Origin: a virus
Lineage: Duplodnaviria; Heunggongvirae; Uroviricota; Caudoviricetes
Direction: 5' to 3' (one strand)
Length of the DNA: 64,000 nucleotides
IMG/VR virus record: IMGVR_UViG_3300026302_000005
Coordinates: 32,001-96,000 of that record
Numbering within the stretch: the first letter of the stretch is position 1; each line of letters starts with the position of its first letter. The translations under genes and the position numbers were made by a program. Positions 39,851-48,874 of the stretch are shown one piece after another. The notes under the pieces were generated by a model. That model worked only from the letters and a program-made list of their open reading frames with translations, was not told where the DNA came from and searched no databases.

Positions 39851-40149
39851 TGTTGGTTGGTCAGGAATACGATGAGGATCAGTTCCAGCGTGATGTGCGG
39901 CTGATCTTGAATGAGCGTGGATATTGGAAGCAGTGGGGTTTCTTCATGATCCGGGCCTATGATGATGACGTGATCTCATTGACCGACCATGTGGGTATGA
40001 TTACCATGGTGGATGTCAGGGATCGTGCCAACCCCAGCACCACTGATCAGGTGCAGTTTGCGATTGTCGCTGATGCCACTCCTTTGATCAAAGATCACGT
40101 CCTCCGGCTCGCCGTGAAAATTTCTGACGAGATGCACGAACCCGCATAA
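39847..40149 (+). CDS. Hypothetical protein
   Basis: AAGGAG SD and GTGA overlap. Confidence 0.65.
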   Translation: MMLVGQEYDEDQFQRDVRLILNERGYWKQWGFFMIRAYDDDVISLTDHVGMITMVDVRDRANPSTTDQVQFAIVADATPLIKDHVLRLAVKISDEMHEPA

Positions 40150-40187
40150 CCTATCCACTTCCATTCGACCGGTTTCTAAATACCGGT

Positions 40188-40679
40188 ATGAAAGTCATGG
40201 GTATCGATCCTGGCCTCTCCGGGGGCATTGCATTCTACGATGGAACCACTCTTGAAGTGGTCGCCACTCCTGTTCTGGTGGAAGAGTTCATCAAGAACGG
40301 AAAGAAGTCTACCCGCAACCTGATGAACCTACCGGTGGTTCGAGACCTGATCCTTCATCACAAACCAGATCGGGCTGTGCTGGAGAAAGTCGCTGCTCGA
40401 TCCGGCCAGGGTGTCACCAGCATGTTCCGATTCGGGATGAACTTCGGTGAACACCGGGGGATCATGTCGGCTCTGGCAATTCCATTTATCGAGGTCACTC
40501 CCCAAACCTGGAAGAAAGACTACCGGTTGAACTCCGATAAGGATGACAGCCTTGATCTGGCCCGAGAAGTCTTTCCGGATCACGCCAAAACCAGTTTTCG
40601 ATTGAAGAAGCACGATGGCCTTGCCGAAGCGGCCCTGATCGCAAAATTCGGCTTTGACAACCCTAAAACATTCGAGTAG
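40188..40679 (+). CDS. ruvC: RuvC-like Holliday junction resolvase
   Basis: MGIDPGLSGGIA, VLEKV..RSGQGVTSMFRFG, VTPQTWKK, DGLAEAALIA. Confidence 0.9.
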   Translation: MKVMGIDPGLSGGIAFYDGTTLEVVATPVLVEEFIKNGKKSTRNLMNLPVVRDLILHHKPDRAVLEKVAARSGQGVTSMFRFGMNFGEHRGIMSALAIPFIEVTPQTWKKDYRLNSDKDDSLDLAREVFPDHAKTSFRLKKHDGLAEAALIAKFGFDNPKTFE

Positions 40680-40680
40680 G

Positions 40681-41376
40681 ATGATTCCCATCAACAGGGA
40701 GTCGATGATGCTTTTCGCATATCAACAGAAGACCTACCAAATTCCCACGGAAATCGTGCAGAATGCGCTGATGCAGCAAGAGTTCAACGGCGCTGATCGA
40801 GAGTTCGCGGAACAGCGAATGAAGCAGTTTGCGGAGATCGCCGAAGACTGCATGACCGAGCGTGAGTTCGAAGTCAGGACAATGGAAGCCCTCACCATCG
40901 GTGACATGGGGAAGCTGTATTCTGGTCTCATCTGTAGTGCGTTCGAGTTCATCCGGGCCAACCATGATATCAGCAAGTGGGTGACTGACATTACCCCCAG
41001 CACAATGATCCATCACCTTCATGGGGTGGCAGGACAGGGGTTTGATGTCGATCAGGGGAAAATAGTCCGGTGCGAAGACTGCCGCATCGAAAGTATGGAA
41101 TACATGGAGGATGTGCGCCGTGCCAAGGAAATCAACAGACGGGAGACGGCTCCCATCGGAGATGACCTGGCATTCATGCTTCGCTTTGCCCTTCGTGAAG
41201 GTGGCGTGGACATCAATTCGCTGGGAGATGACAACCAGCCAGAGTTCCGACTGTTCATGAAGAACGATGCTGGTGAGCCGGTCGAAATGAGCATGGATGA
41301 GATCGCTACGATCATCTCCAAAGAGCAAAGAACTTTGCCAAAACCGACGCATTCTGTGACGCGCCGGTTGAACTAA
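40681..41376 (+). CDS. Hypothetical protein
   Basis: ~230-aa ORF continuing the operon; start uncertain. Confidence 0.7.
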   Translation: MIPINRESMMLFAYQQKTYQIPTEIVQNALMQQEFNGADREFAEQRMKQFAEIAEDCMTEREFEVRTMEALTIGDMGKLYSGLICSAFEFIRANHDISKWVTDITPSTMIHHLHGVAGQGFDVDQGKIVRCEDCRIESMEYMEDVRRAKEINRRETAPIGDDLAFMLRFALREGGVDINSLGDDNQPEFRLFMKNDAGEPVEMSMDEIATIISKEQRTLPKPTHSVTRRLN

Positions 41377-41425
41377 CCCACCCGAATCACCATATTCTTC
41401 TTGATGCGTGTCAAGGAGAATATGG

Positions 41426-42013
41426 ATGGAACTCACCAAAAGACCCAAACTATTGGTTATCGGCTACGCTCGCCACGGTAAAGACACTGTGGGCGAGCTT
41501 CTCCGTGACAAATATGGATTCAATTTCGTATCGTCGTCTGAGTTTGTCGGACGCGAGGTCATGTGGGACAACTGGGGCGTGGCCAAATATGCCGATTTCG
41601 ATGAGATGTTCACCGACCGGGTGAACCACCGGGTTCTGTGGATGGAGATGATCTCCGCCTATAACACCCCTGACAAGACCAAGACTGCTGCCACCATGTT
41701 CAGCCGGGGCTATGACCTGTATGTTGGAATGCGGCGTCTCGATGAGCTTCGGGCCTGCCAGGATCAAGGCGTCGTGGACTACGTGGTGTGGGTGGATGCA
41801 TCAAAACGGATGCCACCCGAAACCGGCTCCATGGACATCACCCTGGAAAACAGCAACGCAGATTTCGTCATCGACAACAACGGGGCGGTCGAAGACCTCC
41901 CGGCAGCGGTGGATCGGTTCATAGCCGAGGTGATGGATGCCATGGCGGTTCGGAATGCTCCGAAGATGACCAAGGCAGAAGAAAAAGAACTCCTACGGCA
42001 GGTGATGGCATGA
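41426..42013 (+). CDS. Deoxynucleoside monophosphate kinase-like P-loop protein
   Basis: LLVIGYARHGKDTVGE; GMRR..E; ADFVIDNNG; adjacent to thyX. Confidence 0.75.
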   Translation: MELTKRPKLLVIGYARHGKDTVGELLRDKYGFNFVSSSEFVGREVMWDNWGVAKYADFDEMFTDRVNHRVLWMEMISAYNTPDKTKTAATMFSRGYDLYVGMRRLDELRACQDQGVVDYVVWVDASKRMPPETGSMDITLENSNADFVIDNNGAVEDLPAAVDRFIAEVMDAMAVRNAPKMTKAEEKELLRQVMA

Positions 42014-43092
42014 ACGACTGGATCAAACGTAACGAACTGGGAACCGAATGGGAACCCGTCTACACCAAGGTGCTCGACCACGGCCATATCGGTCTGATCG
42101 ACTTCATGGGCGATGACAGTGCCATCGTCAATGCTGCCCGGGTCAGCTACGGCAAGGGCACCAAGGCGGTCCAATCCGATGAGGGGCTGATCCGCTACCT
42201 GATGCGGCACTGGCACACCACTCCGTTCGAGATGTGTGATTTCAAATTCCACGTCAAGGCTCCGATCTTCGTGTTCCGCCAATGGCACCGACACCGCACC
42301 GCAAGCATCAACGAATACTCCGGTCGCTACTCGCTACTGGACAACGAGATGTATGTTCCGGACTACTCCCACACGTCCCCACAGGCACGAGACAACAAGC
42401 AGGGTCGGCAAGACAACCTGTTGGAGCCGGAAGACTACAACGCCGTTCGCACCGCTCTGGAGCACGTCAACGAGACCTCTTACCAGACCTATCTGTATCT
42501 GTGTGGACCAACCGAAGAGGGTGGTCAGCCAGCAGCCCCGGATGCCCTCCAGGAGCGGCATAAGGTCGTCGAGCAGGCTGCGTTGAATGCGATCATCAAG
42601 CTTCGTCAGCAGCAAGCGTATGCACCTGAGGAAGAGCAGATCGTGATCGACGAGGACTTCGTTGAATCGGTTCTTCGCGATTGGTTCATCCAGGCCAACT
42701 GCCATGTGATCACCAAGGAATATCCGGGGATCGCTCGGGAACTGGCCCGCATGGTGCTGCCGGTGTCCACCTACAGCCAGATGTATTGGAAGGCCAACCT
42801 CCACAACATCATGCACTTCATGCGACTGCGGGCCGATCCCCATGCCCAGTATGAAATCCGCGTCTATGCGGAAGCCATGATGGAGATGATCCGACCAATC
42901 GTTCCAATGGCGATCAAGGCTTTCGAGGATTACCAGCTTCGTGCATCCCATCTGTCTAGGATGGAAACCGAACTGGTCAGGGCCGCTCGTGCAGGAACTA
43001 TTGACATCACCAAGAATGATGCGGTAGAAGAGTTTCTGAAAGGGGCGGGTTGTTCGTCCCGTGAGATCGCCGAGTTCATCAAGAGGTTCTAA
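42010..43092 (+). CDS. thyX: Flavin-dependent thymidylate synthase ThyX (with insertion)
   Basis: IVNAARVSY, HTTPFE, RQWHRHRTASINEYSGRY, ARELARMVLP, LRADPHAQYEIR; start at ATG 42010. Confidence 0.95.
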   Translation: MNDWIKRNELGTEWEPVYTKVLDHGHIGLIDFMGDDSAIVNAARVSYGKGTKAVQSDEGLIRYLMRHWHTTPFEMCDFKFHVKAPIFVFRQWHRHRTASINEYSGRYSLLDNEMYVPDYSHTSPQARDNKQGRQDNLLEPEDYNAVRTALEHVNETSYQTYLYLCGPTEEGGQPAAPDALQERHKVVEQAALNAIIKLRQQQAYAPEEEQIVIDEDFVESVLRDWFIQANCHVITKEYPGIARELARMVLPVSTYSQMYWKANLHNIMHFMRLRADPHAQYEIRVYAEAMMEMIRPIVPMAIKAFEDYQLRASHLSRMETELVRAARAGTIDITKNDAVEEFLKGAGCSSREIAEFIKRF

Positions 43093-43667
43093 TGGATATC
43101 GTTCGGGTCGATGGTATTGACCTGTTAGCCCTGACCTACGAAGAAGAACAGAACCTGGCTCGTGCAGTCATGGATTGCATAGCCATGCGTGAGGTCCGGG
43201 GGGAATTTCAAGTCCTCCTGGACCGCGTGTATGAATGGAAAGGCAAAACCGGCTACTGGCCACGGGTCGATGATATCATCATGATACTCGACTACATGAA
43301 GCAGTATGGAATACCCGAACCGGTGTTCCACGATGACGGCAAGAACATCAAAGACGATTTGGATCGAAACCTACACCCGACCGCAGAGGATCGCAAGCAG
43401 GAAAGCTGCCGCATGGTCATCCAGGCATGGAGAGAGGTGTGGGAACGACACGATGCCCACAAGGCCGTGGCTGACGTTTACCTGACGTTTCCAGGCGATA
43501 TGGAGCGGGAACACAAAGATGAGTTCGAAGAGTTTCTGGCAGAGCAGATAGAGATCGAACGTGAGTTTTGGCTGGAGGTAGATCGCCTCGTGGTCAGCAT
43601 GAACTGCTCCAGGACGGATGCCATCAGGATGGCCTCGGACTACATGATGAGAGGGGATGTAGGGTGA
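43092..43667 (+). CDS. Hypothetical protein
   Basis: 191-aa ORF coupled to the thyX stop. Confidence 0.7.
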   Translation: MDIVRVDGIDLLALTYEEEQNLARAVMDCIAMREVRGEFQVLLDRVYEWKGKTGYWPRVDDIIMILDYMKQYGIPEPVFHDDGKNIKDDLDRNLHPTAEDRKQESCRMVIQAWREVWERHDAHKAVADVYLTFPGDMEREHKDEFEEFLAEQIEIEREFWLEVDRLVVSMNCSRTDAIRMASDYMMRGDVG

Positions 43668-43768
43668 GCCTCCCCTGAACTCCAATTGACACAGACACAA
43701 CACAAACGGAAGGTGGGTCCAGGAGAGGCTCGTTGCAGAGGGTTACCAGCCGCTCTACAAGGAAGAAT

Positions 43769-44527
43769 TTAGGATCGATGACCTTGGAAGTCAATACCAG
43801 AGATCGATTTATTTGAAGGGTGCATCGAGATGTTAGTCCCGTCCCGACCGATGATTTCAAGTTGGTCCGGTATGGGTTGATCCATCAATGCCGGTTTATG
43901 GATGACTCGAAGAGACCTGAACGCGGGGGACGACGGGGCTGTATAAACTCCCATCGATTTGAAATAGTCAATCATGTCGGTGATCGATTGGGGGTTAACC
44001 CGGGCTTGTGTCATCTTTGAAATGACGTCCTCGAAATTACCAGGCCAGATCGAATTGACCATATGGGAGAAATTGAAATCGATATGTTTGATCCAACGAT
44101 CCATCCCCCATTGCCATTTCTGGCTGGTCACCACGGGATCATATCGAGGACGATAATAACGACCAGGGGTGCTCTTCGATTCGATCAACGATCTGACATC
44201 TGAGGGCAACGGCATCTTCGTGGACTGGACAGCATTCACCAAATCCATGAACTCTTGACTGGTGATCGATTTCTTCTGAACAGCAGTCTTGTGGAACAGG
44301 TCGAATGCCATCTTAGCGAAGACAGGTGAGGTGAAATGAGCGATAGCATGCATCAGGAGGGTAATGAATTGAACGATCTCACGCTTGGTGAAAAAGACTG
44401 TATGCCCGATGAACATGTAAGATTGGCTCCGTCGTGTGGTATCAGTGTCACCAAGCCATCTAGGTGCTTCGATCATCCAGGTCAAGAGCCCTACGGCACG
44501 AAATGCACGACCGCCAGGTCGGTGCAT
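43769..44527 (-). CDS. Hypothetical protein
   Basis: 252-aa ORF filling an otherwise empty interval; start uncertain. Confidence 0.6.
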   Translation of the reverse strand: MHRPGGRAFRAVGLLTWMIEAPRWLGDTDTTRRSQSYMFIGHTVFFTKREIVQFITLLMHAIAHFTSPVFAKMAFDLFHKTAVQKKSITSQEFMDLVNAVQSTKMPLPSDVRSLIESKSTPGRYYRPRYDPVVTSQKWQWGMDRWIKHIDFNFSHMVNSIWPGNFEDVISKMTQARVNPQSITDMIDYFKSMGVYTAPSSPAFRSLRVIHKPALMDQPIPDQLEIIGRDGTNISMHPSNKSISGIDFQGHRS

Positions 44528-44646
44528 CCGTCAACCGATCAGTTTTTTGTTGTTCGAACGGAGTGAGAACTACAAAACAGATAGCCCTGTGATACTAAGA
44601 ATCCATAAGACTCTCATGCGCGAACGCGCCCTCTTCTTCTTTATTG

Positions 44647-44740
44647 CGGAACTTTTTGATTCGCTTGATTTAAGGCATCGTCGCAACTGCCTGTTATTCC
44701 ATGATATTCGTTCAATCCAAAAAGTTCCGTAAAGTTCCGT
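44647..44740. repeat. Inverted plus tandem repeat cluster in an AT-rich intergenic region
   Basis: CGGAACTTTTTG (44647-58) and CAAAAAGTTCCG (44718-29) form a perfect 12-bp inverted repeat; AAAGTTCCGT occurs twice in tandem (44721-40). Confidence 0.8.
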
Positions 44741-44869
44741 AAAATCGGGCCTGGATGATCTGAAAGCGACATCCAAAAATGTCGCTTTTGTTATACCTTC
44801 TGAGCACCGATTTACATGGAAAATGGCGTTGGCTGCACCTAAATATTTCCACATGACGAGAGGTCCCAC

Positions 44870-45844
44870 ATGAAAAACCCACTGATCGATGATCTTGATG
44901 AAGCCGGAATGATCCCTTCGATAGAGGTTGCTCTACCCACGTTGGCTGCGTTCTACCCCAAGGGTGAGGTCCTTCGACCGGAAGCTGACCCGCTTGCGAT
45001 GAAGGTCTATCCACTATCGGTTCTTGACGAATCATCTTTTCGAGACCCCCTGATGCTGCTATCCGGACAGGCCATCGGCAAGATGGTTCGACGGGTATGC
45101 CCTGGTGTTGATGACCCCGGCAAGCTGACCGATCTGGACGTCCAGGTCATCATTCTGGCTTGTCGTATTGCCAGCTATGGTGCTACCTTGAAGCTCGAAC
45201 ATACCTGCTCGAAGTGCCAGACCAAGACGGATTTGCAGGTCGATCTCAACGATCACATTCTTCGATATAGCCCATTCAGTCCTGATGAATTGGCTGAGTT
45301 CGATCTGGATATCGTGGAAATCGGACAAAAAATCCGACTGCGACCGATGTTGTATGAGGACGCTATCGACGTTGCCATGAACATGGTTCGATCCAATATC
45401 AGTGCTGAGAAGTTCGATTCCGCCCATACAGAGGATGTCAACCAACTGACAGATGCCTTCATTCAGGAATACCAGGCTCAATTCGAGTCGAGTATCAAAA
45501 CGAACATCGATGCCATCTGTTCGTCCATATTCACGGTTACGACAACGACCGGCAAGGTCGTGAACAATCCGGATATGATCAAAGAGTGGTTCTTGAGGCT
45601 GACACCGAACCTCACAAAGATGATCACTGATCGGATCACGAAGATCAACCTGTCGATACGAGAACGATCTAAACTGGCATATACCTGTGTGTCCTGTGGA
45701 ACCGAAAACACCTTCTATATGGAATTGGACCCACAGAAACTTTTTACGCCAGCGGAGGGTTCCGCACCCGTGACGAACTCCTCCGCCGCGTCTCCGACCA
45801 CCGAGAAGCCCACGAAAAAACCCTCAAAAGTATCGCGGAGGTAG
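44870..45844 (+). CDS. Baseplate hub assembly protein (T4 gp26-like) / probable tail assembly chaperone
   Basis: VYPLSVLDE...DP..LLSGQAI...VCP...DV.VIILACRIASYG, two CxxC pairs; upstream of the tape-measure-like gene. Confidence 0.8.
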   Translation: MKNPLIDDLDEAGMIPSIEVALPTLAAFYPKGEVLRPEADPLAMKVYPLSVLDESSFRDPLMLLSGQAIGKMVRRVCPGVDDPGKLTDLDVQVIILACRIASYGATLKLEHTCSKCQTKTDLQVDLNDHILRYSPFSPDELAEFDLDIVEIGQKIRLRPMLYEDAIDVAMNMVRSNISAEKFDSAHTEDVNQLTDAFIQEYQAQFESSIKTNIDAICSSIFTVTTTTGKVVNNPDMIKEWFLRLTPNLTKMITDRITKINLSIRERSKLAYTCVSCGTENTFYMELDPQKLFTPAEGSAPVTNSSAASPTTEKPTKKPSKVSRR

Positions 45845-45981
45845 TCTATCACTTCCAGGGTGGTCTTGATTATCGATATGCGAAAACTCTCCCACCGGTC
45901 GAAGTTGATGCATTGGTGGCAACCATCAACAAGATCAGAAAAGAGGAAGAGCAGGCTTTGTCTTCGGCCCGGGGGAAATGA
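45745..45981 (+). CDS. Start-less -1 frame extension (78 aa, gp51-like) of the gp26-like gene
   Basis: Translated by hand: YASGGFRTRDELLRRVSDHREAHEKTLKSIAEVVYHFQGGLDYRYAKTLPPVEVDALVATINKIRKEEEQALSSARGK. No ATG/GTG/TTG between the in-frame TAA at 45670 and the late LV codons. Confidence 0.65.
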   Translation, partial: YASGGFRTRDELLRRVSDHREAHEKTLKSIAEVVYHFQGGLDYRYAKTLPPVEVDALVATINKIRKEEEQALSSARGK

Positions 45982-45988
45982 TTCGTTC

Positions 45989-46017
45989 TTGACAAACGAA
46001 TGAAATCCTGGTATACG
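45989..46017 (+). promoter_or_regulatory. Sigma70-like early promoter
   Basis: TTGACA-17 nt-TATACG. Confidence 0.7.
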
Positions 46018-46042
46018 TGTGGGAAGCTATTGGAGATGAGTT

Positions 46043-46285
46043 ATGTCCAGACACTCTGCACCGACTGATTACAAACCGATGGTTACCGGTCAACCCGGTA
46101 TGAACGGGCTTGAGATTATCATCTACCCACCGCTGTTCTTGGTGGTGTTCTTCATCCTGGTCGTCATTTTCGGCGATGTAGTGGCGGTCATTCTGACAGT
46201 GATCGGATATATCGGTGCTCTGTTGGTGACCTACCACAAACAACAAGTCAACCGTAAGGCACGAATCGCCTACAACGCCCGCTGA
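46043..46285 (+). CDS. Small two-TM membrane protein (moron-like insert)
   Basis: Own promoter and GGAG SD; long hydrophobic stretch and basic C-terminus. Confidence 0.7.
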   Translation: MSRHSAPTDYKPMVTGQPGMNGLEIIIYPPLFLVVFFILVVIFGDVVAVILTVIGYIGALLVTYHKQQVNRKARIAYNAR

Positions 46286-46348
46286 ACATACGCACAAGAT
46301 TTGCTTTCCAATGGGTCTAAATACCTGAGACCCATATGGAGATCAGGT

Positions 46349-48811
46349 GTGGCTAACAGGAACGGACAACCACCACAGCAGAAAGAGCTTCGTGTTCGCA
46401 ACATCATTGCGGGCAAATCGACGACCCAGGAAATGGTTGTCGAGCGGTTGTCCATTAACACCAATGATCGGAAGACGGCTGAGTCTGATCTGATGACGGA
46501 TGTTGCGAATGCTCTGCGTGATCAAACCGACACGTTGGCGAAATCGTTGGATGAACTCCGAAAGGTCAACAAAGACCAGTTGGACAGTTTGAAAGCATTG
46601 TCTAAGACGGCTAGTTCCAAAGATGGAGTGGAAGCCGCATCGAAGACTATGAGTTCGGCTATGTCTGATGCTCTGAACAAACTCGGCGTCGGTGGTGGCT
46701 CTGGCGGCTCTGGTGTAGATAGCTCCGATACCAGAGAAGCTGCCGAGATCAAGCGTCTCGACAAAGATATGAAGGAGGTTCTCAAGGAACTGACCAACGC
46801 CATCAAAGGTCTGGCTGGTGCCGAGTCCGTAGGAAGCGGGACTGTTCCGGCTGAGGGGGCAACCGAGGGTGGTGGTCGTCGTGGTCCTGGTCAGGCACAA
46901 CAGGATGTTCGTAACTTCGTAAAAGCTATCGGTTTCAAGGACAAGATCAAAGAAGGCACAAACCTGGAACGGATGGAACGCATCCTAAAGGTTATGGAGT
47001 GGCGAGAAAAGCGCAAGGCTCCGGATGAACGAGATAGTGGTCTGGTCAGACTGATCGGCGACACGTTGGTATCGGAACTCGAAAGCGGCATTACGAACTT
47101 TGCCGATGCTATTCAGCGGGCTACATCAAGTGTTGTGAGTTTTTCCAACGTGACGGATTGGGCCCGGGGGCGGTTCTCCCTGGCTCTGGAAGCCTCGACA
47201 TCAGGTATCATGAGCTTTGGGGATGCATTCCTCGATCTGTTCCCGGGGCTGATTCGTGGTGGTGACAACCTGGTATCGACCTTGAAGCTGACCCGTAGTG
47301 CATTGTCTGATGGTTTGATCAACCCTATTGGAACCATGGGAGACAGTCTCGAAGGGGTTTCGGAGTCTCTATATCAAACCCGCGACACCCTTCGTGATCA
47401 GGGTGTTAATGCGATGTCTCGGCTGGGCTTTGAAGAGGCCAACGAGGCGATGATCCAACTGTTCGCATTGGAACGTCGGCGTGATGTTGGTGCCAACATC
47501 AGTTCCGGCATGACCCAGCGCAATATGGCCCGTCAGCTTGAGTATGCTCAGATGATCGCCACCAATACCGGACAGACCGCACTAGAGGTGTTGAAGGCTA
47601 ACCAAGAGCGGGCACGGCAGCTTTCCAACTTGCAGGCCGGTGGTATCCTGGGTGGCCCGGATGGTGAGAATTTCAGCAACGCCATGATGGCGTTCCGTGG
47701 TGCCGGTATGGGTGGGTTTGAAGAACTCATCGCAGGCATTGCCCGAGCCGGTGGTGATCCCACTCTGTATCTTTCTCAGAACTCGGACTTTGCCCAGGGT
47801 CTTGCAACGACCGGTAAGAATGCCGAGTTCTACGACCTGATCAATGCGATTCGCGGTGGGGCTGATCCAAATACTATCATGCAACTGGCTGGTCGCATGG
47901 GTGGAGGCAACCTTACCGGTATTGCTGGATCGACCACTATCGGTGAACAGATGCTGGGTCTGTCTGGTGAAGCTGGTTTGGCAAAGAACTATGTTCCTGA
48001 CGAAGAACCCGATTGGTTCATCTCTGCCTTCACATGGGTGAAGGATGCCTGGACCAACATGGGTGGCTCCGACGCGGCCATGTTGGTGGCGGTTGGTGCT
48101 AACGTAACAGCATTGTGGGCTAACACGGCGGCTCTACTTGGCGGTGGTATTGGCGGTCTTATGGGTCGTATGGGTGGGCTCGCCAAAGGTGCAGGTAGAA
48201 TGGCCATGGGGGCTGGACGATCCGTGATCGGGGCGGGGGCTGGATTGCTTTCTGGTGCAGGAGGAATGGCCATGGGGGCTGGCCGATCTGTTGCTGGTGC
48301 TGCTGCCGGGATGGGGTTGAAATCCCTCATCAAGAAGATTCCGATCATTGGATTGATTGCTGGTCTTGGATTTGCTGGTGGACGCGCTTTGGCCGGTGAC
48401 TGGACTGGTGCTGCATTGGAAGCTGCATCTGGTGTCGCCGGAACTGTTCCTGGTCTTGGCACCGCTGCATCTTTGGGCTTGGATGCCACTCTTGCTGCAC
48501 GTGACATGGGAATGATCGGTTCATCTGGGCAATCGGCTATTACCCCACTTGGTGAAACTGTTGGTCCTGCACCACCCGGATCGACGACGAATGCCGGAAT
48601 TCGAAACGATACACAGCGACTGATACTGGAGACCAATAGGCTTCTGGATCGTATCCTGGTGTTGGCACAGGACGAAATTGATGTCCTGAAAGACATCAAG
48701 GGTAATACGGCCAAGACTACAGTTCAGGCCCCGGAGGGCTTCTGGTCTTCTTTGATGGCCAGAGATGAGCCCGCTCCGGCGTCCGGAATGGGGACTAACG
48801 GTCAACCATAA
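46349..48811 (+). CDS. Tape-measure-like protein
   Basis: Helical, A/G/L-rich; LIKKIPIIGLIAGLGFA..R...GDWTGAALEAASG...PGLGTAAS motif; GTG start after a GGAG SD and TAAATA motif. Confidence 0.7.
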   Translation: MANRNGQPPQQKELRVRNIIAGKSTTQEMVVERLSINTNDRKTAESDLMTDVANALRDQTDTLAKSLDELRKVNKDQLDSLKALSKTASSKDGVEAASKTMSSAMSDALNKLGVGGGSGGSGVDSSDTREAAEIKRLDKDMKEVLKELTNAIKGLAGAESVGSGTVPAEGATEGGGRRGPGQAQQDVRNFVKAIGFKDKIKEGTNLERMERILKVMEWREKRKAPDERDSGLVRLIGDTLVSELESGITNFADAIQRATSSVVSFSNVTDWARGRFSLALEASTSGIMSFGDAFLDLFPGLIRGGDNLVSTLKLTRSALSDGLINPIGTMGDSLEGVSESLYQTRDTLRDQGVNAMSRLGFEEANEAMIQLFALERRRDVGANISSGMTQRNMARQLEYAQMIATNTGQTALEVLKANQERARQLSNLQAGGILGGPDGENFSNAMMAFRGAGMGGFEELIAGIARAGGDPTLYLSQNSDFAQGLATTGKNAEFYDLINAIRGGADPNTIMQLAGRMGGGNLTGIAGSTTIGEQMLGLSGEAGLAKNYVPDEEPDWFISAFTWVKDAWTNMGGSDAAMLVAVGANVTALWANTAALLGGGIGGLMGRMGGLAKGAGRMAMGAGRSVIGAGAGLLSGAGGMAMGAGRSVAGAAAGMGLKSLIKKIPIIGLIAGLGFAGGRALAGDWTGAALEAASGVAGTVPGLGTAASLGLDATLAARDMGMIGSSGQSAITPLGETVGPAPPGSTTNAGIRNDTQRLILETNRLLDRILVLAQDEIDVLKDIKGNTAKTTVQAPEGFWSSLMARDEPAPASGMGTNGQP

Positions 48812-48874
48812 CGCTGATCCACTGGGTTTCGCAAACTCTTCTCCTAAATATTCAAGCCAGGAGAGAGTTTCAGC

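Noticed and set aside
41385-41415. TTGACA on the minus strand near 41409-41414
   Set aside because: No convincing -10 at 17 bp, and it overlaps the SD region of the kinase gene; an antisense promoter cannot be supported.
41788-42009. N-terminal extension of ThyX in the ORF track
   Set aside because: It overlaps the kinase gene in another frame; ATG 42010 gives an ATGA coupling and a normal ThyX N-terminus.
43769-44869. Stop-codon readthrough joining the in-frame minus ORFs 44570-44869 and 43769-44527, or genome-wide recoding
   Set aside because: Both a TAG and a TGA intervene. Long genes are intact under the standard code, and TAG ends well-supported genes such as ruvC.
48195-48300. ~28-bp direct repeat (ATGGCCATGGGGGCTGG.CGATC) and the AAGGCTGAGACCAAAGAAGA repeat near 55208-55250
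   Set aside because: Each has only two in-frame copies encoding peptide repeats. They are not a CRISPR array, att site or DGR template/variable pair, and no reverse transcriptase or cas gene is visible in the window.
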